Assembly: GCA_965205025.1 (NCBI GenBank)
Contig: CBDBFU010000013.1
Span: 32,001-96,000, forward strand
DNA: 64,000 bases
Source of the DNA: Candidatus Poribacteria bacterium
GTDB lineage: Bacteria; Poribacteria; WGA-4E; WGA-3G
Direction: 5' to 3'
Shown piece after piece: positions 37,117 to 50,493 of the stretch. A program made the translations under genes and the position numbers. The number at the start of each line of letters is the position of its first letter. Position 1 is the stretch's first letter. The notes under the pieces were generated by a model, which saw only the letters and a program-made list of their open reading frames with translations, was not told where the DNA came from and did not search any database.

Positions 37117-38250
37117 ATGGCAAGTAAAAATGGCAAATTAAGAGTTGGTGTGATTGGTCCTGGTGGAGCGGGACGTGGGAATACACTCGGTTTTGCAACC
37201 CGTGATGATGCTGATGTTGTTGCAGCCGCAGATTCTCATGAAGGTAGTTTAGATGCGTTAGAAAACGCATTGCAGGAACGCGTTGAAGATTATAAACCAA
37301 ACAGTCTAAAGAGATATCTCGGTGATCATGAATTTATCGAGATGTTAAACCACGAAGACCTTGATATTGTTGGTGTATTTTCGCCTCATTCACTTCATGA
37401 TATTCATGTGAAGTATGCATTACGTGCGGGGTGTAGTGTTATTGTAGAAAAACCTATGGCTAATGTTGTTGGAGATGCAATCGCAATCACGAAGATAGCT
37501 ATTGGTAGCGATCTTCACTTGGTCGGTGGTTATCAAAGACACTACGAAGACACCTATATCTCAGGACGACGAGGAATTCAAGAAGGACTAATTGGTAATT
37601 TGAAAAAGTTTGAAGTCTATATGGCACAACGGTGGGGTGCAGGTGGATGGAGAGGTGATCCCCGTTTTTCAGGTGGTGGACAACCAAACGACTCTGGTAG
37701 CCACCTTCAGGATATTTTTCTCTGGATGACTGAAACTTTACCTGCTGAAGTGTATGGTACAACAGATATGAAATTTGAAGACGATGATGGTAAACTTGTA
37801 CCAAAATTCGTTGAGATAAATTCCTACTCTGATGTAAAACTGGATAATGGTGCAGAAGGAACAATCACAATCCTCGGAAATACCCGCGTAGGTTTTGAAG
37901 AATGGGTCATCCTTGAAGGAGATGAAGGTACAATAGAGATTAAGAATGGTATCCGATATATCCCAAAAGGTGGTGAAGCTGAACCGCTTTCATATCCCAG
38001 ACCAGAAGGATATCCGAAAAGTAAAGTCGATCAACTTGTCGGGTTAGTAAAAGGTGAATATGAAGCAAATTATACTTCTGGTATAAATGGTGTCCGAACA
38101 AGCTGGCTGACAAATTCAATTCTTCAAGCTGGTAAAGGTCCAGATGAAAAGAATAGTGTGGATTGTAACGAACTGATTGAAAAAGAGGGGTATAGTAAGC
38201 AAGAAGTAAACGACCTAATTAATCTCTGTAAGACAAGGCAGATGTATTAG
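37117..38250 (+). CDS. Gfo/Idh/MocA family oxidoreductase
   Basis: VGVIGPG, VEKPM, WR.DP..SGGG...DSGSH. Confidence 0.88.
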   Translation: MASKNGKLRVGVIGPGGAGRGNTLGFATRDDADVVAAADSHEGSLDALENALQERVEDYKPNSLKRYLGDHEFIEMLNHEDLDIVGVFSPHSLHDIHVKYALRAGCSVIVEKPMANVVGDAIAITKIAIGSDLHLVGGYQRHYEDTYISGRRGIQEGLIGNLKKFEVYMAQRWGAGGWRGDPRFSGGGQPNDSGSHLQDIFLWMTETLPAEVYGTTDMKFEDDDGKLVPKFVEINSYSDVKLDNGAEGTITILGNTRVGFEEWVILEGDEGTIEIKNGIRYIPKGGEAEPLSYPRPEGYPKSKVDQLVGLVKGEYEANYTSGINGVRTSWLTNSILQAGKGPDEKNSVDCNELIEKEGYSKQEVNDLINLCKTRQMY

Positions 38251-38347
38251 AATCGTTTTCACACAAACTCTATTGAAGTAATTTTATTCCAAACTTTTGA
38301 GATATTAGTGCAATATTAAGTAAATTTTGAATAGTAAGGAGAAAATC

Positions 38348-40309
38348 ATGAAGTATATCAACTACTTTCTAATTACAGCTTTCTTGATAGTTGTATTATC
38401 ACAAGTCGGTTGTTTATCCACTAATGAAATGGATACAGCAGAAGAATTAGTTGAGATGAAAGACTACCGGGGTGCCATTGAAGTATACCAAGGTATCGTT
38501 GAAGCGAAACCGGGTACAGCCAAAGCACGTGAGGCACAACTTGCAATTGGTAAAATATATCTTGAACGTATGGATCAACCCGCTCAAGGGATTATATCTT
38601 ATGAGACCATCATAGCAGATGCACCTGAGAGTGATGATGCAGCAGAGGCACATTATCGACTTGGAATGCACTATTATCGACAAAAAGATTATGATAAAGC
38701 ACAAACTCAATTTGATACTATTGTTAATCAGTATGCACATTTGGAAATCAGTCATGATGCACAACTGATGTTGGCTACGAGTTATAAAGATGCACAAGAT
38801 TACGAAAGTGCGGTTGAAGTATTTGATAATTTTGCTAATCGTAATCCTCAAAGTCCGAGAGCTACACAGGCTTTAGTAAATAAAGCACGGATACAACGCC
38901 AGTTTCTCAAGAATGAAAACGAAGCAAAACGAACTCTTCAATCTGTGGTAAAAAGATACGGGAAAGTTGAAGGAGCAGAATCACACATTGAAAAAGCAAA
39001 AGAAGAACTAACTGAACTAAATGCTGAGATACCCAAGCCTGATGATCCGAAACAGACACAATTTGGAAGGGCAATAGCAAGGCAAGAAGCACGACGGGAA
39101 CGCGATAGACCTCGGAATGTAGAAAAGAGTCCTATAGTTAAGAAGAATATTGCTATTGCGGATTCAGGATTTGGGGTTAGTGCTGATGAAGTCATGCGTG
39201 ATTTTGGTGGTTCTGTACAGATTGCCGGAGATGAACAAGGTAGTTTTTATGATGCAGAATTAATGATAGCTGGTTTTTTATATGGGGGACGAAAATTATC
39301 TACATGCTGGTGCATTATTGTTTGATGCAATTGCCCGTGCTGAAGCAGAGAAAGCAAACTCGAGCCAATCTACTACCTAACGACTATCCATATGCTATCG
39401 AAAAGTTGGAATGCATAAAAGAGCCATGGAGGTATTGAAAAAGCTGCATCACGTGATAGCAAGGTAATTGATACCGTCAGAGACACAGGAAAGAATCAAT
39501 ATACCAACGAAGAATACGAGAAAGCATTGGAGACATTTCAATCCATCATAGGTATCAATAGAAATAAAGATCCTGAGATATATTGGTTGATTGGTAAGAC
39601 ATATAATAAACTCGGTGATTATCAAAAAGAAAGAGATAGTTTTGAACAGTCTGTTGCCTTAAATCCTGAAGATGTTGACACCTTACAAAGTCTTGCAGAG
39701 GTGTTGAACTATCGATTAAAAGACCGAAAAACAGCAGGTATTTTCCAAGATCTCGCTGATCAGAAAAGGGATTCGTTCATAGCTATGAAGACACTTGGAG
39801 ATGTATGTGATAAATATGGTCAACACAACAAAGCACAGATAAAGTATAAAGCAGCAGCAAGAAATGCAAAACGTCTTTTAGATAAGGCAGAAAGTCCTGC
39901 TGATAAACGTTTGTTAACTCATCAATATGGGTATGGTACAATACTTGCAGGATTGTCAATTTATAAACAGGGTAGAGATGAAGATGCACAGAAACAAATA
40001 GATATCTTCCTCAATGCATATCCTGATCATGCCTTAGTTCCCTATGCTAACGCTGAAATTGCACTTCTAAATGATGAAGAGGATCAAGCAATTACATTAT
40101 TTAAAGTAGCAATTGATAAAGATCCTGTTTCTGACATACCTGTGATTGCACTCGGTGACTTTTATGTTTCTAAAGGATATAATGATGAAGCGATAGTATT
40201 ATGGGAAGGTTTCTTAGAGAAAAATAAGTATAATTCTGATGTACGGCGTCGACTTCAAACTTTGAAAGGGACAGTTGAGAAGGCTGAAGAAAAGATTGAG
40301 GAGAAATAG
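38348..40309 (+). CDS. TPR-rich lipoprotein (frameshifted at about 39280-39450)
   Basis: Lipobox SQVGC; BamD/YbgF-like TPRs in ORFs 38327-39325 and 39527-40309; coding-like sequence continues between them. Confidence 0.7.
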
Positions 40310-40446
40310 CTGAATTCTATAGTAATTTTGTATTGAATCATAACTAATCTGTATAGGATCAATGAAAATCCTATACAGATTAGCATAAAAAACACCAAAT
40401 TTCATATAAATTTAGTTGATATTCAGAATTTACCTTAAAAAATTCC

Positions 40447-40475
40447 TTGACATTAATTTGTACATATTGTATAAT
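40447..40475 (+). promoter_or_regulatory. Consensus sigma70 promoter of rho
   Basis: Perfect TTGACA-17 bp-TATAAT. Confidence 0.75.
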
Positions 40476-40893
40476 TAGTGATGGTATGGTTCATAGAATG
40501 GATCAATCATTCGATTCCAACACTAAAAGGATGTTTAACTCCTACCAAACACTATCATACGGACCCCATATTCAATCCAAAATTTTCGTTTGCCACTCTG
40601 GATGCAATTCAATCTATCAATTACGATTATTGGCAAAGTATAGTTCAAGGGTTATCTAATTTTACCCTATTATGTAAAACATTCCAATACTACCTTTCAA
40701 TTCAATTCAATATTCACTCTGGTGTCAGTACCGGAGTATTATATGTTCATAAGAGAGAGTTCTGCAATTTCTTGCGGATTTCTGTCAAATCATAAGTATG
40801 TACCTGTTCTTTCTTGTCCATTTTAACCTTATATATAAACATGTAGATACAATGGCAATTCGGAACAGGATTTACTGAGGAGTACGATAAACT

Positions 40894-42219
40894 ATGGAGA
40901 GCTTGGAAATAGGCAAGCTCCAAGAAATGGAGATTTCGACCTTAAATACCATGGCACAATCCTATGGTATTGGTGAAAGCAACGGGTTACGAAAGGAAGA
41001 ACTAATAACTCGTATTCTTGAAGAGGTCGCTGAAAAAAATGTCCCCCTTTCAGGTAAAGGGGTATTACAGATACTAAATGACCGTGATCAGAATTACGGA
41101 TTTCTTAGATCCCCGCGTTCTAACTATTTACAAAGCAACGAGGATATTTATGTTTCATCCTCACAGATACGTTTGTTTGGTTTACAGACAGGACATGTGG
41201 TTGAAGGCTTGGTTCGTCCACCTAAAAAGTCTGAAAACAAAGCTGAACGGTATTTTGCCTTATTACAAATAGAAAAGGTCAATGGTGAACCTCCTCAATC
41301 TGTTAAATCAAGAACACAATTTGACAATCTCAGGCCAATCTTTCCTTATGAAAAATTGCAACTTGAACATAAACACTCCGAATTTGGCACACGCATCATT
41401 GATCTTATGTCTCCAATAGGAAAGGGACAGCGTGGATTAATCGTTGCCCCTCCTTATAGCGGAAAGACAACATTGCTAAAAAACATCGCTTGTGGAATTG
41501 AAGCCAACCATCCAGAAGTAGAACTTATTTTCTTACTGATTGATGAACGTCCGGAAGAGGTTACAGATGTTGTCCGAACAGTAAAAGGAGAAGTGATTAG
41601 TTCAACTTTTGATGAACACCCTGAACGACACGTTCAAGTATCAGAAATGGCAATAGAAAAAGCCAAACGTATGGTTGAATGTGGGAAAGATGTGTGATCT
41701 TACTTGATAGTATGACACGACTTGCCCGGGCACATAATATGATAGCTCCACAAACAGGTAAAACACTTACTGGTGGTTTAGATCCCATGGCCTTCGTCAA
41801 ACCTCGTCAGTTTTGTGGTGCTGCAAGAAAGTTTGAGGAAGGTGGTAGTTTAACCATAATTGCATCCGTTCTCGTCGATACTGAAAGCCGTTCAGATACT
41901 TATATTTATGAAGAGTTTAAAGGGACTGCGAACATGGAACTACACATGGATCGTTCCCTATTGGAATTGCGAATATTCCCTGCAATCAATATAGAAAAAT
42001 CAAAAACTCGACGTGAGGAATTGTTACTTAAACCTGAAGTACTCAATAAGGTATGGGCTTTACGGAAGTTTACAAGCCAAATGAGTCCTGCCGAAACAAT
42101 GGAATTGTTGATTAAACAGTTTAGTAAAACAAGACAATGAAGTATTTCTTGAAAGTATGGTAGATGATGGTGGTAAAACAAACCCACAACCTTCACAACC
42201 AACAAGAAATGGAAAATAG
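40894..42219 (+). CDS. rho: Transcription termination factor Rho (frameshifts at about 41695 and 42135)
   Basis: YGFLR, DIYVS.SQIR, PIGKGQRGLIVAPP.SGKT, LIDERPEEV, LLDS.TRLARA, EEFKGT.NMEL, TRREE. Confidence 0.93.
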
Positions 42220-42284
42220 TCAATACTAAAATCAGTGTTTATGATATAATGACAATTGACTGAACAATTATAAGGAGTAATGAA

Positions 42285-42503
42285 ATGAAACCTGAAATCC
42301 ATCCACAAACAACAGAATGCACTATCAATTGTGTTTGCGGTGCATCCTATGTAACAAAAACCATACAGTCTGAAATGCGTGTAGATGTATGCTCTAAATG
42401 TCATCCATTTTACACAGGACAACAAGCACGTTTTATTGATACTGCAGGTCGAGTTGAAAGTTTCCGCCGGCGTTATGGCATTACAGAAGAAAAATCTGAA
42501 TAG
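42285..42503 (+). CDS. rpmE: 50S ribosomal protein L31 (Zn-binding type)
   Basis: MKPEIHP, CVCG, CSKCHPFYTG, GRVE.F.RRYG. Confidence 0.95.
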   Translation: MKPEIHPQTTECTINCVCGASYVTKTIQSEMRVDVCSKCHPFYTGQQARFIDTAGRVESFRRRYGITEEKSE

Positions 42504-42631
42504 TTTAAAATCCTATTACAGGATAGTCATAAAATCTTTGTGAACTAACTATGAACTCATTGAACTACACCAACCATAAACTTCTATTGCTGTACCTTCA
42601 GCAATAATTTCATTATATAAAGATTATATTA

Positions 42632-43706
42632 ATGTTGGAAAAATTAAAAGACATCCAAAATAGGTTCTTGGATGTTGAGAAATCTCTAAGCGATCCTGAT
42701 GAAATCTCCAATCCTCAGCGGTTACAGGAATTATCGAAGTTACACGCAGAGCTTTCGCCAATTGTGTCTGCATTCAAGGATTATCAACAATTGGAATCTG
42801 CAATTGAAGAAACAGGACTATTATTGTCTGAAGAAAGTGACGCGGATATGAATGAATTAGCTCAAGAAGAATTGGATGATTTAAAGAATCAGATGACAGA
42901 CCTTAATCAATCCATTAAACTTCTTCTAATTCCAAAAGATCCAAATGACGAAAAGAATGTGATTATAGAGATTCGCGCTGGTACCGGTGGAGAAGAAGCG
43001 AGTTTATTTTCTGCAGAAATCTTCCGTATGTATACTCGATACGCAGAAAGAAAAAATTGGAAAGTGGAAATGCTCAGTGCTAATGCCACTGGATTAAAAG
43101 GGTTCAAAGAGGTGGTATTTTCTATTGAAGGAAAAGATGCATTTAGTCTACTTAAATATGAAGGTGGAATTCACCGGGTCCAACGTATTCCTACTACTGA
43201 AACAAGTGGACGTATCCATACATCTGCAGTGACAGTTGCTGTACTACCTGAAGCAGAAGAACTTGATCTTGAAATAGATGAAGCAACTGAATTACGTATT
43301 GATACCTATCGATCATCAGGTCCGGGAGGACAAAGTGTTAATACAACAGATTCAGCAATTCGTATAAACACATCTACCAACAGGTCTGATTGTAACTTGT
43401 CAAGATGAGAAATCACAACATAAGAACAGATCAAAAGCCATGAAAATACTCCGAGCACGTTTACAAGAATTAAAACAAGCAGAACTCGACAGTGAACGGT
43501 CAGAAACACGACGTTCTATGGTTGGTAGTGGTGATAGAAGTGAAAAAATACGAACCTATTAATTTTCCACAATCACGGGTAACAGATCATAGGATTCAAT
43601 TTAGTAGTTATCAACTTGAATCTGTATTGGATGGAGATTTAGAGGAATTTATCGAACGTTAACAACTGCAGACCAAGCTGAAAAGTTAAAAAACGAGAGT
43701 ATTTAA
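42632..43706 (+). CDS. prfA: Peptide chain release factor 1 (several frameshifts after about 43365)
   Basis: [27 protein letters not shown] (PxT), GPGGQSVN; downstream frames give SQHKN and [10 protein letters not shown]. Confidence 0.93.
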
Positions 43707-43828
43707 TCAAGAATCTATATTTGAATATCGGTTGAATAGAATGTATTACAGTATCATACATCCCTACCTACAATTTTCTATCCGTTTGATTCTTTTCAAT
43801 CCTCATATCGCTACAAAATCATTATAGT

Positions 43829-44696
43829 ATGGCAACCAAAATTTGGAACGTGCTTGAATTGCTTGAATGGACAACAGAATATTTTGAAAAGCACAACATA
43901 CCAAAATCCACGTTTAGATGCAGAAGTATTACTCGGTCATATCATCGAAAAAAGTCGGTTACAACTCTATCTGCATTTTGACATGCCAGTTTATCAAGAA
44001 CATCTGAGTGTTTACAGAGAACTAATTAAAAGACGCATTGCTCTTACACCGATTAGTTATCTGATTAACCGTAAAGAGTTCATGTCCTTAGATTTTTATG
44101 TTGATGAAAGGGTATTAATTCCCCGTCCAGAAACAGAATTTATCGTAGAGACTATCCTCAATACTAATCCTGACAAACCTCAACGTATTCTTGAAATTGG
44201 TACTGGTAGTGGCGTTATAGCGACAACTTTAGCAGTAAATGAGCCTGAATGGGAAATAATCGCAACCGACATTTGTCAGGATGCCTTAGATGTAGCAAAA
44301 AAAAATAGAGATACTCACGAGTGTACAGACCGGATTTCACTGTTACATGGAGATCTCTTTGATCCTATCCAAAATCTGGATACATCCCATTTTAATTGGA
44401 TTGTATCTAACCCTCCTTATGTAATGTCTTGTGAAAATAATGATTTGAGTCCTGATGTAAAAGAGCATGACCACATATTGCTCTATTTGCAGGTGAAGAT
44501 GGGTTGTCAATTATCAGACGACTCATTTCTGAAGCACCGTCCTACCTGAATCCCGGTGGAAAACTAATCTTTGAAATCGGAGATACACAAAGCAACTCTG
44601 TACAAGAATTGATAAATAATCAACCCTCTACGATGACAGTCAGATTATAAAGGATTATGCTGGAAAGATAGGGTTGTTGTCGCTTCTTTAGCATAA
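43829..44696 (+). CDS. prmC: Release factor glutamine methyltransferase (frameshifted)
   Basis: PRLDAE.LL, VLIPRPETE, GTGSG, SNPPY; follows prfA. Confidence 0.9.
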
Positions 44697-44764
44697 ACCT
44701 GTCAATCATAATACAGATTATGCACTTTTAATGAGAATTTAATTACCAGTAATGGTATTATATA

Positions 44765-45068
44765 TTAGAATTCCATATCATACATTTGACGAATACGTTC
44801 AGCTTCTTTTTCGCTAATTACCCATCCCCTTTCTTTACCACTGATTTTATAGACCTTATCTTCATATTCTAATCGACTTAATATAGTGGATACAATCAGG
44901 ATGGGAATATCTAAGGGTATATCCCGTTTGAATAGTAGAAGTCTACTTGTAATTTCCGCTGTTAGTAGTGGTGGTTCATCTTGTGCGGAAAAAAAGAACT
45001 TCTAATATAGCCTCTTTCATAAAATGAAGACCCATTTCTGCTAACTTTCCACTATTTTCAAAATTCAT
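44765..45068 (-). CDS. Small hypothetical protein, possibly winged-helix (frameshift in a T-run at about 44995)
   Basis: Manual translation: MNFENSGKLAEMGLHFMKEAILEVLF / SAQDEPPLLTAEITSRL...STILSRLEYEDKV...GWVI; GGAGG RBS; not in the ORF track. Confidence 0.45.
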
Positions 45069-45409
45069 AGTTACCCTCCCTATTATAATAGGTTGTAGAA
45101 TTAAATTTATGTGATTAATTAGTAAAACAATAACAAGTGTGTCTCTATAATTAATGACACATTATCAGGAATGCATAAGGTGCAAAAAATGAATTATTAA
45201 TTGGTTTATTATTTTTTAGTCATTTTCAATTTTTCATTTTCGACAATTATGTTCCATGTAAATTCAATACATTGGGATTCTATTACTTACTATATTATAG
45301 TGTACTATTGTATTATTTTAGACTTGTCAGATCACGTAATCTTTGCTACTATTAGAAGACAATTCTTATAGACAATCTATAATGCTTATGAAATTAATTG
45401 AGACTAACT

Positions 45410-46531
45410 ATGGCAAAATTTGAAAAAGGATCTGTATTTCCCTCCGAACTTAGTGAGTTTAATGATTCCAAAACTGGTACTCATATCTATCAAATAACAA
45501 GTGATGAGACTATTAATCACAACCTATATTTCTTAACACCCTCCTTCACGCCAGATCAAAAACACCTTATATTTACCTCCTATCGATCAGGTAAAGCGAA
45601 TTTCTATATGATTGAATATCAAACGGAGATATCGTCCAATTAACCAATGGTGCTGAGGTACATGGATTTCAGGTGTGATTTCTAAAGAGGGAAAAGAACT
45701 GTTTTACACTGAAGGGGATATGATAAAGCAATTCATATTGATCTTTAGAGGAGAGAATACTGGCGGTATTTCCTAAAGGTAGTCTTGGTGAATGTAGTGT
45801 GAGTGCAGATGAAAAATATATTGTTACGGCTATGAAATTGGATGGAAAATCACATATTACTGTTACTGCTACAGATGGTAGTGGTGGAGAAAAAATTTAT
45901 ACCTCACCTAATCAGACAATTATCCACCCGCAATTTCATCCCAAAAACGCTGAACTCATTGCATACTCTGGTGATCCCGCACCTCGCATGTGGACAATCA
46001 AACGGGATGGAACAGAAAATCGTAAGCTATATGAACATGAAAATAGTGAATTCCTTGTACATGAGACATTCCTCGGATCACAAGACGATCTGATAGTAAC
46101 ACATTGGCCTTATCTCTACGACGTATTTCTTTGAACACTCCAGATGGAAACGATTTCTGATTTCAATGCATGGCATATTGGCCAGTAACCGATCAGGAAC
46201 TAAAGTCTTATGTGATACAGTCCATCCTGATATTGGATTACGTTTGGTTGATGTAGAGTCAGGAAAACATGATCCAATCTGTTACCCTGAAAGTTCATCA
46301 AGTGGTAGTCAATGGAAAAAGGATAGGTATGCAGTTGCTGAGGATTGGGCTGCAGCACAACAGGAAGGGGATAGAGAGAAATCCTTGAGTTGGATGGAAA
46401 TGAAGGTAGATACGGTATATGGACCACAATGGACACATCCACATCCTTCTTTTAGTCCGGATGAATCAGCAGTTGTATATACTTCGGATGTTTCTGGTTA
46501 TCCGCAAGTGTATGTCGCTGCAATACCGTAA
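45410..46531 (+). CDS. Oligogalacturonate lyase-like beta-propeller protein (frameshifted)
   Basis: DSKTG..I.QIT, NLYF.TPSFTPD, HPQFHP, HETF, THPHPSFSPD...YTSD. Confidence 0.75.
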
Positions 46532-46555
46532 ATGCCACAATAGATAGAAGTAAGA

Positions 46556-47239
46556 TTACTCTGAGAGTTGGGTTATAATACCTTTGAGTGCATCTTCATT
46601 TTGAGCGTATTCTTGTAGGTCAGGATTAAGATCTAATGCCTGAATAAGAGATTTCTTAGATTCTATCGGTTCATTGGTGAGTGCATAAGCACAAGATAGG
46701 TTATAATGTAGCAAGGCAGCGTTTGGGAATGATTGAAGGGCATGTTTGCATATTTCCCTTGCGTTTACAGGTTCATCTTGCCTTAGATATACAGTTGCTA
46801 AATTTACATATCCCTCTGGAATATCTGGTGCAATCTCAATTACCTTCTTGAATGTTGTAATTGCTTTATCATATTGATCTGCAAACATATATGCTTGTCC
46901 AAGGTTATTAATATGCCGATGGAGCATTTTTAAAGAAAATAGTCCGTTTCTTATTCTGTATTGCCTTTTGATAGGCTATTATTGCTTGTTCTGAATCACC
47001 ATTACGCATAAGAAATGATGCTTTTCGGTAGTTATCATTAAACTGTATTTGATGGTGATAAACCCATATAAACCAGAACAAATGCTGCAAGGCAGAATGT
47101 CCAAACATCCAATTCGAATAGTTTTATTGGTAGGAGTTTGCTCTTCAACAGTTTCCTCTTGAGATACATTCTGTTGATGAGAAGTATCATCAGATTCAGG
47201 TTTATTGATTAAGTTATCTTCTTGATTTAGATTGTCCAT
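46556..47239 (-). CDS. TPR protein (frameshifted)
   Basis: TPR units AYNNLG..., YVNLA, HYNLSCAYA spread over three overlapping ORFs. Confidence 0.65.
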
Positions 47240-47305
47240 TGTTCATTTTATTATAAAATATCAGTTATACCAGTTTAGAAATGACTATGAAGGAATAAAC
47301 ATCCT

Positions 47306-48365
47306 ATGAAAAAGTACGGTTTTGGAATTATTGGTTGTGGTAGTATATCAGATTTTCACTCCGCTGCAATATCAGAGTTAGAACATGGTCAGTTAGTTGC
47401 CGTAAGTTCTCGTAATGCTGAGAATTCGAAACGACTCGCGGATAGATACAATGTTGATACATATTCAGATTACAACGAGATGCTCAAACGAGATGACGTA
47501 GATATTGTATGTATATGCACACCAAGTGGCGCCCATTTAAATCCTGCTGTTGCTGCTGCAAATGCTGGTAAGCATGTTATTGTTGAAAAACCGTTGGAAA
47601 TCACATTACAACGTTGTGATGAAATAATTCAAGCATGCGATGCAGCAGATGTTCGATTATGTGCTATTTTTAATTCACGATTTACAAATGGATCACAACT
47701 TGTTTAAAGAAACAATTGATAGTGGTCGATTCGGTAAATTGACGTTAGGGAGTTCCTACATCAAATGGTTCAGATCTCAAGAATATTACGATAGTGGTGG
47801 TTGGAGAGGAACATGGGATCTTGATGGTGGTGGTGCCCTTATGAAACCAATCTATCCATGCTATTCGATCTTCTCCAGTATTTTATGGGGACCTGTAAAA
47901 TCCAGTTCAGGCGTTTACAGATACTTTAGCTCACCAAAGAATTGAAGTTGAAGATGTAGCAGCTGCTGCACTTCGTTTTGAAAGTGGAGCATTAGGTGTA
48001 ATTGAAGGAACAACTGCTGCATTTCCTGGTATGTTCAAGAAAACCGAAATCTGTGGTACACAAGGAACTGCTATACTCGAAGAAGAAGATATTACCAAAT
48101 GGGAGTTTGATCCTGAATTACCTGATGATGCTAAAATCCGTGATGAATTCGCTCAACAGACCAATTACTGGTGGTGGAGCTTCGGATCCAAGAGCAATTA
48201 ATCATGCAAATCACCGTCGACAAATGGAGAACTTGATTAATGGAATTGAATCTGATTCAACCCATTTAGTTGACGGTCGTGAGGGTCGAAAATCGGTTGA
48301 GGATTATCCTTGCTATCTATCAATCAAGTCGTGAAGGGCGGATTGTGGAATTACCCTTAACTTAG
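47306..48365 (+). CDS. Gfo/Idh/MocA family oxidoreductase (frameshifted)
   Basis: GIIGCG, CTPSGAH, VEKP, WRGTW.LDGGGALM, IEVED, GGASDP across ORFs. Confidence 0.82.
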
Positions 48366-48390
48366 ATTACAAACCGATACACACAAACTG

Positions 48391-49362
48391 TTACTCTGGA
48401 TAATCAAAGACAATCTTGATTGCCTCATTCTTCTTGTGAAGTGCCATCTCAAAACCTTTTTGTGCTTCTGTAAAGGGAAGATGATGTGTTATTATTGGGG
48501 ACACATCTATTCTACCTTGTGCGATTATGTCTATAGCTAACGGAAAATCATTTTGTATATCTGGACCAACAGATCCAATAAAACGTAAATTTCTTCCTGA
48601 AAAAATTCTGAGAAACCAAAATCGTAGAATTCATCATCTGGAACACCAAACGCGAGTAATGTTCCCTCACGTTTTAGTAGTTTAAGACAAGTATTGATTG
48701 TTTCAGTTTGATGTCCTACAACTTCTACGACAAGATCAGCCATCTCTCCATCAGTTATATCAGTGACAAACTCAATTAAATCTTCAGTCGATGCATTGAC
48801 AGTGTGTGTTGCCCGCATCTTTTTAGATACTTCTAACCTGAAATCAACTAAATCAGTCGTTATGATCCTCTTTGCCCCAAGATTACTCAACATATGGGTT
48901 ATGAGTAATCCCATAGGACCTTGACCTATTACAACAACATCCTGATCCAGAATATTACCCAATTTCCTACATGCCCAGATTACCGTACCAAGAGGTTGAG
49001 ACATTAGGATACAATCTTTTTGTGGATAATCTACTAAAGGAACGGTAGCACTTTCATCAGATAGGAAGTATTCCGCGCAACCGCCAACATGTCGCGGCAA
49101 TGCAAGTACTTCATCACCGATTTTATATTCTTTAGATTTGCTTTCTGTAACAACACCGATTGCCTCATGGATAGACAATCCTGGACCAAACGGGTATCGA
49201 TCAGCTGGATGCTCAAGAACAAAACTTGGCATATCACTCCCACATACGGCACTATGGATAGTCTTTATCATCACAGTAACCATCAGGATAGTCATCCATA
49301 TTGGGTTTATCTATATCAATTATTTCGATTTGATGTGGTGCAACGATTTGCCCCGCTTTCAT
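48391..49362 (-). CDS. Zn-binding dehydrogenase (frameshifted)
   Basis: VCGSD, HEAIG, GQGPMGL, VEVVG; start MKAGQIVAP at 49362. Confidence 0.8.
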
Positions 49363-49464
49363 AGTGTCTCCTTCAGGATATTATGATAATAACTGTATCC
49401 TATAGCATAAATATAAATGTACGTGAATTATTCAGAAAACATTATACCTGTGTTTGGGATCTAT

Positions 49465-50476
49465 CTACACAGAGTATTCTGATAGAATAGTCAACACTTT
49501 CGAATGCAATGTTTTAGTAGTAGCAATAATACCTCGATTATTGGTCATTCGTCTACCTGTCAAGAAACTTAATGGTTTTCCATGTGCATCTGTAACTATA
49601 CCTCCAGCTTCTTCAACCACCAGCATTCCAGCGGCATGATCCCAAATACATTCGCGATAGTCCGGATAAGCAGGATTGGGTAATCGTATGTATAATGATG
49701 CCTTCTCCTCGTGCAACAATCCCATATTTCGCTTGACTGTCTATTTGGACTGGTGGTGCATTAATGACCGAGTTTATCGGCTATTTTAGCATGGGGTATC
49801 ACTATCTCCATGAGTGGATTCAAATTTTCTGCTAAACATGGTATACTATTAGATATATCTATTTTCTTGACGAAATCACCATTTAATGTGTGAAGTGATG
49901 TTCCTTCTCCTCTAACTGCTACAAACAGAGATCCATTGTCTGATGAATTACCATTAAATTGATGTGGTAAATTTGGACAACCTAATACTCCAAGTTCAAC
50001 TATACCTTCTACAATCCAGGCTAAAGCGATAGCATACTGATCTTTTCTAAGAAATCCTTTCGTACCATTCTATAGGATTCAAGTGTCCAATAACTTTCAG
50101 CTATATCACCACTCCCCCTATCAATCCATTTACAGACTTGTTCCTTGTTTATTTCATCAGATTCATCCTTCAGTGCTTTTCCTGTATTGTTTATATTTAC
50201 AGTAATAGTTCTTTGAATATTATCTACTACACGAGCAAGTAGTTCTGTATTTGTCCTTAGTGAATTGGCATCTTCTTCACCTACAACGATATCCTCAGGA
50301 TAAGTGATCCCAATGGCTTTACAAATTATGGCTTGTGATCCAAAGTCTGCTACAGTCACAGGACTTCTATCTTTCTTTTGTATTGTATCTGAAGATACCA
50401 TATCGGATTGGACCTGTTGACATAATTCCGCTGCCTTAATTACTGCATCAATTGCAATTTGTTTTCTTGTTGTCAT
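49465..50476 (-). CDS. 3'(2'),5'-bisphosphate nucleotidase, HAL2/SAL1-like (frameshifted)
   Basis: KKDRSPVTVADFGSQA, VGEED, YWTL, GVLGCPNL, YRECIWDHAAG..VVEEAGG.VTD. Confidence 0.8.
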
Positions 50477-50493
50477 TATTCTCTCTGTCTGTG

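Noticed and set aside
40478-40795. ORFs in the rho leader
   Set aside because: No RBS or motifs; better explained as 5' UTR
42632-43706. Programmed frameshift in the release factor gene
   Set aside because: The gene is RF1 (PxT motif), not RF2; it has multiple indels and lies in the error-rich block
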